DNA from: a virus
Lineage: Duplodnaviria > Caudoviricetes
Direction: 5' to 3' (one strand)
Virus record (IMG/VR): IMGVR_UViG_3300021403_000004
Coordinates: 32,001 to 96,000 of that record
Length of the DNA stretch: 64,000 nucleotides
Part shown: positions 57,053 through 64,000 of the stretch, in pieces
Layout of the letters: every line of letters starts with the position of its first letter
Position numbering within the stretch: position 1 is the first letter of the stretch
Translations under genes and position numbers: made by a program
The notes under the pieces: generated by a model
What the model was told of the DNA's origin: nothing
Database searches by the model: none
Seen by the model: only the letters and a program-made list of their open reading frames with translations

Positions 57053-57691
57053 TCAGTCTCCGCTTCCCGACCTGCTGCGCTCGTCATCGGTGTAGGAAAT
57101 GCCCGCTGACTGCCCGCGGGCATACCGCGCCGAAGCCGCTGACGCCGCCCGGTAAGAGTCATGCGTGGCCCGTGGCGTCGCCGTATAGTGCAAGGACCTC
57201 TCGCCCGGGATTCCCAGGCTCGCTGCCTCCGCGAAGGCATCAACGTTCGCGCCCACGTAGGCGACCTGCCACCCGTACTCCTGCTGCTGCCGGGTGATAA
57301 GGTCCCGGACCTGGCTGCGCGTGTACTCCTGAGACGCGTTCTCCTGGCCGTCAGTGGTGATGAGCATGATGACCTTCCCGGGCCGGTCGCCCTCCGGCAA
57401 TGCGGCCAGCTGCTCGCCTGTCCGGGTAATGGCCTGCCCGCACGCGTCCAGCAGTGCGGTCATGGCCCGCGGCACCAGCTCGTACGACAGCGCGGCCTCC
57501 AGGGGGGCGAAGTCGTGCACGGTCTCGGGCACGCTGTCGAACTGGCACAGCGTCATGGTAGCCCGGCCAGGCAGCGCGGCCTGTTCCTGGATGAAGAGCC
57601 GGATGCCTGCCTGCGCTTCAGGCTGGATGGCGGCCATGCTCCCGGACCGGTCCGTGATGAGCAGGTAATGCCGGTAATCAGGATCAGTCAT
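57053..57691 (-). CDS. vWA domain protein
   Basis: DRSGSM MIDAS, TALLDA.G, TDGQENAS. Confidence 0.9.
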   Translation of the reverse strand: MTDPDYRHYLLITDRSGSMAAIQPEAQAGIRLFIQEQAALPGRATMTLCQFDSVPETVHDFAPLEAALSYELVPRAMTALLDACGQAITRTGEQLAALPEGDRPGKVIMLITTDGQENASQEYTRSQVRDLITRQQQEYGWQVAYVGANVDAFAEAASLGIPGERSLHYTATPRATHDSYRAASAASARYARGQSAGISYTDDERSRSGSGD

Positions 57692-57875
57692 CGCCGTCCT
57701 CCACGCCGCACTCCTCGTCCAGGTACCCGCCCGCGCCATCAGCCCGGATGGTGTCACCCGGGCTGATGTCGGCCCCGCACCCGGCACAGCTGCCGTTGTA
57801 CGCCGCCACGAACCACGGCCCGGGATCCTTGCTCATGACGCCAGCCTAGTCCTCCCAGTGCTATACTGCAACGGA

Positions 57876-57900
57876 CAGCCATCGGCCATAAGCCAGCCCT
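57876..57900 (+). repeat. single TIGR-like unit just after a TATACT box
   Basis: ACAGCCA-TCGGCCATA-AGCCAGCCC; TATACT at 57862. Confidence 0.5.
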
Positions 57901-57955
57901 GGCAGGATTGCCGCCGGCCACGCTCAGCCAGCGAACTCCAGGAAGGAGCCGGCCC

Positions 57956-58663
57956 GTGCCCCGACTGCTCGACGGCTGCTGTGGCGCTGGCGGGGCCGCC
58001 CGCGGGTACGTGACCGCCGGGTTCGAGGTGCACGGCATCGACAGCAACCCGCGGCTGCGCGAGGATTACCTGAAATCAGGAGCGGTCAGCTTCACGGTGG
58101 CGGACATCATGGACGTGCTCGCTGACGTCGCGTACATGCGGTCCTTCGACGCTATTCACTGCAGCTTCCCCTGTCAGTTCTACTCCCAGATGTCACGGTG
58201 CCGCCCTGGCCTCGCGGCCCAGTACCCTGACCTCATCGGTCCCGGCCGTGAGCTCCTGGAACGGGCGGCCATCCCGTACGTCATCGAGAACGTCGGCGCT
58301 GCCCGGCCCTGGCTGAAGGATCCCGTCGTGCTCTGCGGCGTGATGTTCGGCCGCCCGGTCTACCGGCACCGGCTCTTCGAGGCCGGGAACGGGATCACGC
58401 TCGCGCAGCCTCCCGCGCCCTGGCAGCAGCGCGCGTCCGCCACGCCATACAACAAAGAGTGCCGGTGGAATCACCCGGTTGCCGCCGCGAAAGCCGGGCA
58501 CTGGAAGCCCGGTTACTACGTCAGCGTCAGCGGGCACGAGCGCAAGGAGCCCGTCCGCGAGGCGATGGCCATCGACTGGATGCGCAACCGGGACGACGTC
58601 AAGGAAGCGGTACCGCCGTACATGACTCTCGAAATCGGCCGGCAAATCCTGGAGCAGCTGTGA
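57956..58663 (+). CDS. C5-cytosine DNA methyltransferase-like protein
   Basis: LLDGCCGAGG, SFPCQ, VIENV, RHR.FE. Confidence 0.88.
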   Translation: MPRLLDGCCGAGGAARGYVTAGFEVHGIDSNPRLREDYLKSGAVSFTVADIMDVLADVAYMRSFDAIHCSFPCQFYSQMSRCRPGLAAQYPDLIGPGRELLERAAIPYVIENVGAARPWLKDPVVLCGVMFGRPVYRHRLFEAGNGITLAQPPAPWQQRASATPYNKECRWNHPVAAAKAGHWKPGYYVSVSGHERKEPVREAMAIDWMRNRDDVKEAVPPYMTLEIGRQILEQL

Positions 58664-59001
58664 CCTGGAGCCTTGACTTCGCCCGGAACCCCGAGCGCAT
58701 CGCGTCACTGACTGAGCTGTACGCGATCACGCCGCTGCGCTTTGACGGGACCACGCCGCACGGCCTGTGCACGGCCCCCAGGGACGTGCTGGCCGGCGCG
58801 CGCTTCAGGGGCGGCCCCGGGCGGGAAGAAGAGGCCCGGAAAGCGTGGGCCTTCGAGATGAAGGCGTACTTCCACCGCGGCGTGGGAGAACCGCCGGTCG
58901 TCACGTCGTACGACGGTGGCGTGTACACGGTCATCGGCCTCATCACGACAACCCATCCTGGCGACCAGCCGGATGAGCAGGGCATCGTGTGGTTCACGTG
59001 A
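58660..59001 (+). CDS. hypothetical protein
   Basis: GTGA coupling. Confidence 0.55.
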   Translation: MTWSLDFARNPERIASLTELYAITPLRFDGTTPHGLCTAPRDVLAGARFRGGPGREEEARKAWAFEMKAYFHRGVGEPPVVTSYDGGVYTVIGLITTTHPGDQPDEQGIVWFT

Positions 59002-59099
59002 TTAATGCCAGGGGATGGCCCTCGGGCTGCTTGATGACTTGCGGACAGCACGCGAACTGTCCTGAACACCGAGAACGTCAGCAGCGGTGAGCACGCAAG

Positions 59100-59168
59100 C
59101 ACCCCTGCCAGGAGTCGAACCTGGCGGCTGGATTTAGGAAACCCGGCGCCGGGTCCGCCGGCAGGGGC
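59100..59168 (-). tRNA. tRNA-Arg(CCT)
   Basis: loop TTCCTAA; GTTCGAC T-loop; reduced D-arm. Confidence 0.7.
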
Positions 59169-59169
59169 C

Positions 59170-59244
59170 TGGAGTCGCGCCCGGGAGTCGAACCCGGCTT
59201 CGCACGGTTTGCAATCGTGCCCCCGCGCCAGCGAGACGCGCGAC
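59170..59244 (-). tRNA. tRNA-Cys(GCA)
   Basis: loop TTGCAAA; encoded CCA. Confidence 0.85.
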
Positions 59245-59245
59245 A

Positions 59246-59318
59246 TGGTGTCCCCGTCCGGAGTCGGACCGGATAGCATTCCTTCGGAGGGAAGGCAGCA
59301 GGTCCGCTGCCAGGGACA
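59246..59318 (-). tRNA. tRNA-Arg(CCG)
   Basis: loop CTCCGAA; encoded CCA. Confidence 0.75.
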
Positions 59319-59393
59319 GGAGCCCCTGTCCGATTCGAACGGGTACTCCATTGCCAGCCGCGCGGCCAGCGGAGACCAATCCAGGGTAGGGGC
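59319..59393 (-). tRNA. tRNA-like element, no assignable anticodon
   Basis: acceptor stem and GTTCGAATC T-loop; irregular long central arm. Confidence 0.45.
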
Positions 59394-59403
59394 CTGAACA
59401 CAG

Positions 59404-59485
59404 TGCGCGACATAGGATTCGAACCTACTCAGCCATAGCACCTGATTTACAGTCAGGTTCCGCTCGCCATCTCGGACGATCGCGC
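59404..59485 (-). tRNA. tRNA-Tyr(GTA)
   Basis: loop CTGTAAA; long variable arm. Confidence 0.85.
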
Positions 59486-59606
59486 AAGGAGGGTTTCCGC
59501 GGCCATTGAACCCGGCAGGTCACGGCTGGCTGCGGTTCGCGGGGCCGGGAGCCTGCCTGAGTCCGGCGTGCCGCACGAGGATGCCCTCAACCCCGGCTAT
59601 TCAAGA

Positions 59607-59681
59607 GGGTGATCACCCGGGTTCGATCCGGGACTTTCAGAGTCACAGTCTGACGTGCAGGGCCACTACACCATGACCACC
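59607..59681 (-). tRNA. tRNA-His(GTG)
   Basis: loop CTGTGAC; G-1/C73. Confidence 0.85.
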
Positions 59682-59699
59682 ATGAGCGCTTGCGCGCTG

Positions 59700-59772
59700 T
59701 ACACGGAGTGGGACTCGAACCCACGATACCCTGTTTGTAGGACAGGAGCCTTAGCCGCTAGACGACCCGTGC
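59700..59772 (-). tRNA. tRNA-Val(TAC)
   Basis: loop CCTACAA (C33). Confidence 0.75.
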
Positions 59773-59820
59773 ATGAACACTCCGGTCACTTGCTGATGAC
59801 GCCCCCGGAACCAGGCTCCA

Positions 59821-59895
59821 TGGTACAGTCACCGGGATTCGAACCCGAAATAAGAGATTCGTAGTCTCTCGTGATATCCGTTTCACCATGACTGC
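59821..59895 (-). tRNA. tRNA-Arg(ACG)
   Basis: loop CTACGAA; encoded CCA. Confidence 0.88.
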
Positions 59896-59896
59896 G

Positions 59897-59969
59897 CGCT
59901 GATGAAGAGAATCGAACTCTCGGCCCTCCGCTCGACAGGCGGACGCTCTAACCCCTGAGCTACACCAGC
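59897..59969 (-). tRNA. tRNA-Asp(GTC)
   Basis: loop CTGTCGA; G73. Confidence 0.88.
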
Positions 59970-59977
59970 TTGCTAGC

Positions 59978-60571
59978 TTACTCAACGTCTTTATATGTAA
60001 GCCTACGTTTTATCATCGATACCGCAGTCCGTGAAATATCATACCGGGCACCGATATCTCGTGTTGTACCACTTGCTAGGCGAATTTCACGCACCTGATC
60101 TTCCGTCAGGGTGGAATTACCCGACCTTACGCCTGACACCCCTGGATTTGGTATGCCCTGATTTACAGCCGACAAGCGGTGACGCGCTTCTTCAGACCAT
60201 ATGCGGTCTTTTCCGCCGACACCGTGACTACCGGAGACCGCGTTAAGCAAATTAGTCCCCGGTATCTTGAACAGGAGATCTGTCCAATATTCCTCAGCTT
60301 TCCAGCGGTCAGCTACGCACACTTCCTGCACTACCAGAAATTGAGGTGGTTCCGGCAACGTCACCAGCCACCCGGCCACGTGAGTTGATTTAGCGAAACG
60401 GCTCGCCCAGTGCAGCCGAACACGCTCCTGCGCACCTAGTTTAGTGGAGCCAACATACCGGATGGCGTCTCTATCAAACAGTACGTAAATATCAGCCATG
60501 TCTTGTGCATGACGCTTGCGTAGCCACTCTTGCTGATAGGTACGCCGCATCTTAGAATCTGCATAGGGCAC
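59978..60571 (-). CDS. GIY-YIG homing endonuclease with NUMOD3/HTH, inside the tRNA array
   Basis: IYVL..RYVGST..R..H..E; SEEAR..LS; LTEDQVREIR HTH; lower GC. Confidence 0.85.
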   Translation of the reverse strand: MPYADSKMRRTYQQEWLRKRHAQDMADIYVLFDRDAIRYVGSTKLGAQERVRLHWASRFAKSTHVAGWLVTLPEPPQFLVVQEVCVADRWKAEEYWTDLLFKIPGTNLLNAVSGSHGVGGKDRIWSEEARHRLSAVNQGIPNPGVSGVRSGNSTLTEDQVREIRLASGTTRDIGARYDISRTAVSMIKRRLTYKDVE

Positions 60572-60587
60572 CTACCCAGTATACCTG

Positions 60588-60658
60588 CTCTCCCACCTGG
60601 ATTCGAACCAGAATTAAATGGTTAACAGCCATCCGTTCTGCCGTTGAACTATAGGAGA
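60588..60658 (-). tRNA. tRNA-Asn(GTT)
   Basis: loop CTGTTAA. Confidence 0.88.
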
Positions 60659-60695
60659 TTAGTGCCCGATTATAGCCTCGGAGCCAGGCTGGCAG

Positions 60696-60769
60696 TGGCG
60701 GAGGCGTGATTCGAACACGCGATCTTCAGGTTATGAGCCTGACGAGGTACCTAGCTCCTCTACTCCGCA
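60696..60769 (-). tRNA. tRNA-Met(CAT), initiator-like
   Basis: loop CTCATAA; 1:72 mismatch. Confidence 0.85.
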
Positions 60770-60770
60770 G

Positions 60771-60841
60771 TCGTCCTACAGGGATTCGAACCCTGTTCTC
60801 AGCCTTGAAAGGGCTGGGGCCTACCTATAGCCGATAGGACG
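60771..60841 (-). tRNA. tRNA-Glu(TTC)
   Basis: loop CTTTCAA. Confidence 0.82.
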
Positions 60842-60845
60842 CGAG

Positions 60846-60918
60846 CGCTCGCACCGGGGCTTGAACCCGGGATCTCCTGCTTGAGGGGCAGGCGACTTCA
60901 CCGCTTGTCCACGCGAGC
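60846..60918 (-). tRNA. tRNA-Glu(CTC)
   Basis: loop CCCTCAA (C33). Confidence 0.8.
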
Positions 60919-60922
60919 TCAG

Positions 60923-60992
60923 CACAGCGCCAGGGAGTCGAACCCTGTTTCCGCGGCTTAGAAGACCGCTGCACGTATCCGCCGTGCGCTGC
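60923..60992 (-). tRNA. tRNA-Arg(TCT)
   Basis: loop CTTCTAA. Confidence 0.78.
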
Positions 60993-60993
60993 A

Positions 60994-61068
60994 TGGTGCC
61001 TCCGTGGGGACTCGAACCCCAGTACGCGGGGTAAAAGCCCGCTGTCCTTGCCGCTAAACGACAGAGGC
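60994..61068 (-). tRNA. tRNA-Lys(TTT)
   Basis: loop CTTTTAC; encoded CCA. Confidence 0.85.
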
Positions 61069-61073
61069 GCGAG

Positions 61074-61144
61074 TCGGGATACCGGGTGCCGCCCCCGGGT
61101 GACTGGCTTATGAGACCAGCGGTTTACTGTTAGCCTATATCCCA
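61074..61144 (-). tRNA. tRNA-Met/Ile2(CAT)
   Basis: loop CTCATAA; non-canonical T-loop. Confidence 0.65.
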
Positions 61145-61145
61145 G

Positions 61146-61217
61146 TGGGATCGCAGGGAATCGAACCCTGATCACGTCCTTATAAGAGGCGCATCCTCAC
61201 CATTAAACGACGATCCA
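61146..61217 (-). tRNA. tRNA-Ile(TAT)
   Basis: loop CTTATAA; A73. Confidence 0.82.
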
Positions 61218-61218
61218 G

Positions 61219-61295
61219 TCGTACGGGAAGGACTTGAACCTTCGTGTCACCAGTTACCCTTTCGGCTCCTTATCAGGGAGAGGGGATACCGTACG
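61219..61295 (-). tRNA. atypical tRNA-Ile(GAT)
   Basis: loop CTGATAA; no D-arm; ~22-nt variable region. Confidence 0.6.
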
Positions 61296-61299
61296 CACG

Positions 61300-61383
61300 A
61301 GGAAGAACGACGAGTCGAACGCCACGGGTCACCCCGCGATCCGCTTTCAAGGCGGTCCCAGGCACCGGCCTGGATGATCTTCC
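61300..61383 (-). tRNA. tRNA-Ser(TGA)
   Basis: loop CTTGAAA; long variable arm. Confidence 0.8.
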
Positions 61384-61485
61384 GGAAGAACTCAGTGCCC
61401 CACCCGGGGAGCGCCCGGCCACGGGTACCTAGGATCACGCGGAATTGAACCGCGCCGCCAGGACTTGAACCTGTCACTGAGAAAG

Positions 61486-61570
61486 CAGAAGGCGGAGGGC
61501 ACGATCCCCAGGGCTGTCACGCCCCCGGCTCGCTAGCAACGAGTGCCTGGCCCCGCCAGGTTCGCCTTCC
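61486..61570 (-). tRNA. tRNA-Ser(GCT)
   Basis: loop TTGCTAG; long variable arm. Confidence 0.78.
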
Positions 61571-61571
61571 A

Positions 61572-61648
61572 TGGTACCCCAGGCGGGATTCGAACCCGCA
61601 GCATCGCCGGATCTGAACCGGAGTGGTCGGCCAGTTGCCTACCGGGGC
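61572..61648 (-). tRNA. tRNA-Leu(CAG)
   Basis: loop TTCAGAT; short variable arm; encoded CCA. Confidence 0.82.
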
Positions 61649-61649
61649 A

Positions 61650-61725
61650 TGGAGTAGATGACGGGACTCGAACCCGCAACCATTACCTTGGCAAGGTAAT
61701 ACGCTACCAATTGCGCCACATCTAC
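61650..61725 (-). tRNA. tRNA-Gly(GCC)
   Basis: loop TTGCCAA; encoded CCA. Confidence 0.88.
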
Positions 61726-61729
61726 GCAG

Positions 61730-61800
61730 AGCGAGCGACGGGAATCGGACCCGCGCCTCGACCTTGGGAAGGTCACGTGCTGCCATTGCACCACGCTCGC
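61730..61800 (-). tRNA. tRNA-Gly(CCC)
   Basis: loop TTCCCAA. Confidence 0.85.
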
Positions 61801-61896
61801 ATGACAGGAACGGGCAGCTAATCCGCCGGGATTCCGGAACTCCCGATTGCGCCGCTTCCGCCGGTAAGAGCCTTTGCGCTAGCGCTTTTCCTGCCG

Positions 61897-61970
61897 AGCC
61901 TGACGCCGGATTCGAACCGGCGACCCTCGCCTTACCACGGCGATGCTCTCACCACTGGAGCTAGTCAGGC
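61897..61970 (-). tRNA. tRNA-Thr(GGT)
   Basis: loop GTGGTAA. Confidence 0.88.
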
Positions 61971-61972
61971 AG

Positions 61973-62040
61973 AGCCGCGATCCGGTGCCGGCCCGGACCT
62001 GCTTCCTTACAAGGGAAGCGTCACAGCCGTGTGCCGCGGC
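61973..62040 (-). tRNA. tRNA-Thr(TGT)
   Basis: loop CTTGTAA; non-canonical T-loop. Confidence 0.7.
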
Positions 62041-62044
62041 ATTG

Positions 62045-62117
62045 CTGTCCGCCCAGGACTCGAACCTGGAATCGCCGGGACCAAAACCCGGAGAGCTGCC
62101 TGTTGCCCTAGCGGACA
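62045..62117 (-). tRNA. tRNA-Gln(TTG)
   Basis: loop TTTTGGT. Confidence 0.85.
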
Positions 62118-62192
62118 CTGCTGCTGCCATTATCACGTTGACAGGTCTCCCTGCTTTCGGGGTCGTTCTAGGCAGCTTCATGACTGTCCCCG

Positions 62193-62273
62193 TGCGCGAG
62201 GCGGGAATCGAACCCGCAAGACCGAGGTCGCTGCCTCCTCAAGGCAGTGCGTTTACCGTTTCACCACTCACGC
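62193..62273 (-). tRNA. tRNA-Leu(GAG)
   Basis: loop TTGAGGA; long variable arm. Confidence 0.85.
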
Positions 62274-62277
62274 AAGG

Positions 62278-62348
62278 CTTCCCTTCAAGGACTCGAACCT
62301 CAATCGCCAGAGTCAGATTCTGGCATCCTGCCATTAGACGAAAGGGAA
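62278..62348 (-). tRNA. tRNA-Gln(CTG)
   Basis: loop ATCTGAC. Confidence 0.85.
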
Positions 62349-62354
62349 TTAAAG

Positions 62355-62428
62355 TGCGCAGCCCGGGATTCGAACCCGGAGCATCACTGGTTTTGGGCCA
62401 GCGTGGTCGGCCAGTTGCCTAGCCGCGC
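62355..62428 (-). tRNA. tRNA-Leu(CAA)
   Basis: loop CCCAAAA (C33); short variable arm. Confidence 0.75.
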
Positions 62429-62520
62429 AGGAGCAGCAGTTTCATGCTCCCGGTACTTCAGGACTGATCGGGCCCTGGTTGCCGGGACGAGCAGTGCCCC
62501 CGCTGCCGGGCATGCCTGCG

Positions 62521-62594
62521 TGCGCCGCGAGGGACTTGAACCCCCAACTCCCGACTTAAGAGGACGGTACTCTAACCAGTTGAGTTAGCGGCAC
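62521..62594 (-). tRNA. tRNA-Lys(CTT)
   Basis: loop CTCTTAA. Confidence 0.85.
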
Positions 62595-62820
62595 GTAGTT
62601 GTTGCACATATTCACGTCTTGCATCTTTACAGTCATCACATTTTGGCGGCCCACAAAGGGCTGCGGTCCCCTTGCAGTCCCGCAGTGGCCTCGCGAGCAG
62701 AGCCTGACCTCAGAATCGGACTGAGCGATCTTCCCGTACGAAGGGACGACGTGACCCAGCACGTCAGGCATGAAGCTCGTCCCGGTTGGGCGCGCGATGG
62801 CTTATTGAGGACGAGCTCCG

Positions 62821-62890
62821 AAGGGCAGGCGGGAATCGAACCCGCATCTTCTGCTTGGAAGGCAGAGGGCCTGCCATTAACTGACTGCCC
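62821..62890 (-). tRNA. tRNA-Gly(TCC)
   Basis: loop CTTCCAA; U73. Confidence 0.82.
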
Positions 62891-62979
62891 CGTAAAAAGC
62901 GACCGGACTGCACCCGCAAAACGGTGCGGAAGCCAGGACTGCTTGCAGTTGCGACTTATCTCCTTTGCAGTCCAGCCGG

Positions 62980-63053
62980 TGCCTGCTCCCTGGATCGAAC
63001 AGGGGGCCTCTGCATTTTCAGTGCAACGCTCATTCCGACTGAGCTAAGCAGGC
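62980..63053 (-). tRNA. tRNA-Phe(GAA)
   Basis: loop CTGAAAA. Confidence 0.88.
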
Positions 63054-63133
63054 ATGCGGGCGCTGTTTTTCCGCGGCGCCTAGAAGGCCGCGCCCGGTCT
63101 TGCGTCCCTCCCTCCGGAGGGAACCGCTTTCCC

Positions 63134-63276
63134 GCTGGTGTGCTGTTACGCCAGGGCAGTGCGCCGTTTGCCTTCCCGCCCGCCAGCGTCTGCACTGTCA
63201 CCGCGCAGGCCCTCAGACAAGAAGCGGCATGACCGCGCTCTTTCAAGGATGGCTGCCTTTAAGCCCACCTTCCAGC
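63134..63276 (-). ncRNA. 23S rRNA L11-binding domain (H43/H44) mimic with an ~85-nt insertion
   Basis: GCTGGAAGGTGGGCTTAAAGGCAGCCATCCTTGAAAGAG-[insert]-GCGTAACAGCACACCAGC aligns in register with 23S nt 1051-1108. Confidence 0.75.
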
Positions 63277-63280
63277 CGGG

Positions 63281-63353
63281 TCGGGTACCCCTGAGTCGAA
63301 CAGGGTGCTTCCTGCTCCCAAAGCAGGCGGGTTAACCGTCTCCCTCGTACCCG
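63281..63353 (-). tRNA. tRNA-Pro(TGG)
   Basis: loop TTTGGGA. Confidence 0.85.
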
Positions 63354-63391
63354 TCATGCCTTAGCCAGGCCTTTCAGCCCATGAAGCCGAG

Positions 63392-63463
63392 TCGGGCACC
63401 CCTGAATCGAACAGGGTCTCTCCTGCATCCCGAGCAGGCAGATTGCCATCTTCCCCGTACCCG
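63392..63463 (-). tRNA. tRNA-Pro(GGG)
   Basis: loop TCGGGAT (C33, A37). Confidence 0.78.
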
Positions 63464-63467
63464 AAAG

Positions 63468-63539
63468 TCAGCCCCCCGGGAGTCGAACCCGGTTTCTCCT
63501 CGATCCGAACGAGGCAGATTACCGTCTTCCTCGAAGCTG
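63468..63539 (-). tRNA. tRNA-Pro(CGG)
   Basis: loop TTCGGAT. Confidence 0.75.
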
Positions 63540-63545
63540 GCGACG

Positions 63546-63617
63546 TGGAGACTGAGGGAATCGAACCCTCTGCGTCAACGCTTGCAAAGCGCGACCGCTG
63601 CCTTAGCTGTAATCCCC
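63546..63617 (-). tRNA. tRNA-Ala(TGC)
   Basis: loop TTTGCAA; G3:U70. Confidence 0.82.
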
Positions 63618-63622
63618 GTGCG

Positions 63623-63695
63623 TGGAACCTGCGAGGCTTGAACTCGCGACCTCGTGCGTGCCACGCACGTGCTCTCCCAGCTGAGCTAAGGCCCC
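63623..63695 (-). tRNA. tRNA-Ala(GGC)
   Basis: loop GTGGCAC; G3:U70. Confidence 0.85.
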
Positions 63696-63804
63696 ATCTG
63701 CCCAGGCGGGCCCGGTCGAGCAGGCGCATGCGCGCCCTCCCGCGGTCCCTGGGCAATGCTCACCACTGTTGAGTTCTCAAGTAAGCCCCCGTCATGCGGG
63801 GAAG

Positions 63805-63876
63805 CTGGCCGCCGAGGAATCGAACCCCGACCAAGAGGTTTGGAAGCTCTTGTGCTTGCCGTTACACCAGCAGCCA
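63805..63876 (-). tRNA. tRNA-Trp(CCA)
   Basis: loop TTCCAAA; G73. Confidence 0.75.
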
Positions 63877-63900
63877 CTGTCGTTGTGCCTTGTGCTCTTT

Positions 63901-63929
63901 ACACTAGCTCAGGCCTGCCCCTGTGGCAA
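63901..63929 (-). promoter_or_regulatory. putative promoter of the tRNA array
   Basis: TTGCCA-17 bp-TAGTGT just upstream of the first tRNA. Confidence 0.6.
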
Positions 63930-64000
63930 GCTCTTTTTAGACTGTATCAGACTTCCCTCTGCTTGTCCACCCGGCAGGAGCGCGGTGGGGCCCTCGCCTA

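Noticed and set aside
59700-59772. Amber suppressor tRNA (CTA in the loop)
   Set aside because: In the 7-nt loop CCTACAA the central triplet is TAC (Val), and TAG is used as a normal stop in this window.
63250-63256. GCAGCCA in the rRNA mimic equals the array repeat
   Set aside because: It is the native conserved 23S sequence; a 7-nt coincidence without the second repeat.
59078-63877. ORFs across the tRNA array
   Set aside because: Explained by tRNA genes, except the GIY-YIG gene.

Overview
A 64-kb, high-GC segment of a large actinobacterial (probably filamentous actinomycete) tailed phage or prophage. The minus strand carries the virion module: small and large terminase (with a class 3 intein), portal (with an intein), prohead protease, HK97 capsid, head-tail adaptor, large repeat-rich fibre proteins, tail terminator and tail tube. 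It is interrupted by a ~10-kb glycosyltransferase/NDP-sugar/methyltransferase cluster and about nine free-standing homing endonucleases. The right end holds an array of ~37 tRNAs covering all 20 amino acids. The most notable feature is a TIGR-Tas-like RNA-guided system: a nuclease-less Nop/IS110-C-terminal-domain protein (9897-10793) embedded in dual-repeat arrays (GCAGCCA-N9-AGCCAGCCA-N7/10). These arrays are also dispersed at ~13 sites in the window, and their spacers look codon-phased. Interleaved with the arrays are two families of repeated structured ncRNA candidates, one tRNA-like with two variable loops. The tRNA array also contains an apparent mimic of the 23S rRNA L11-binding (H43/H44) domain. 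All calls are from reading motifs by eye; no database searches were run.
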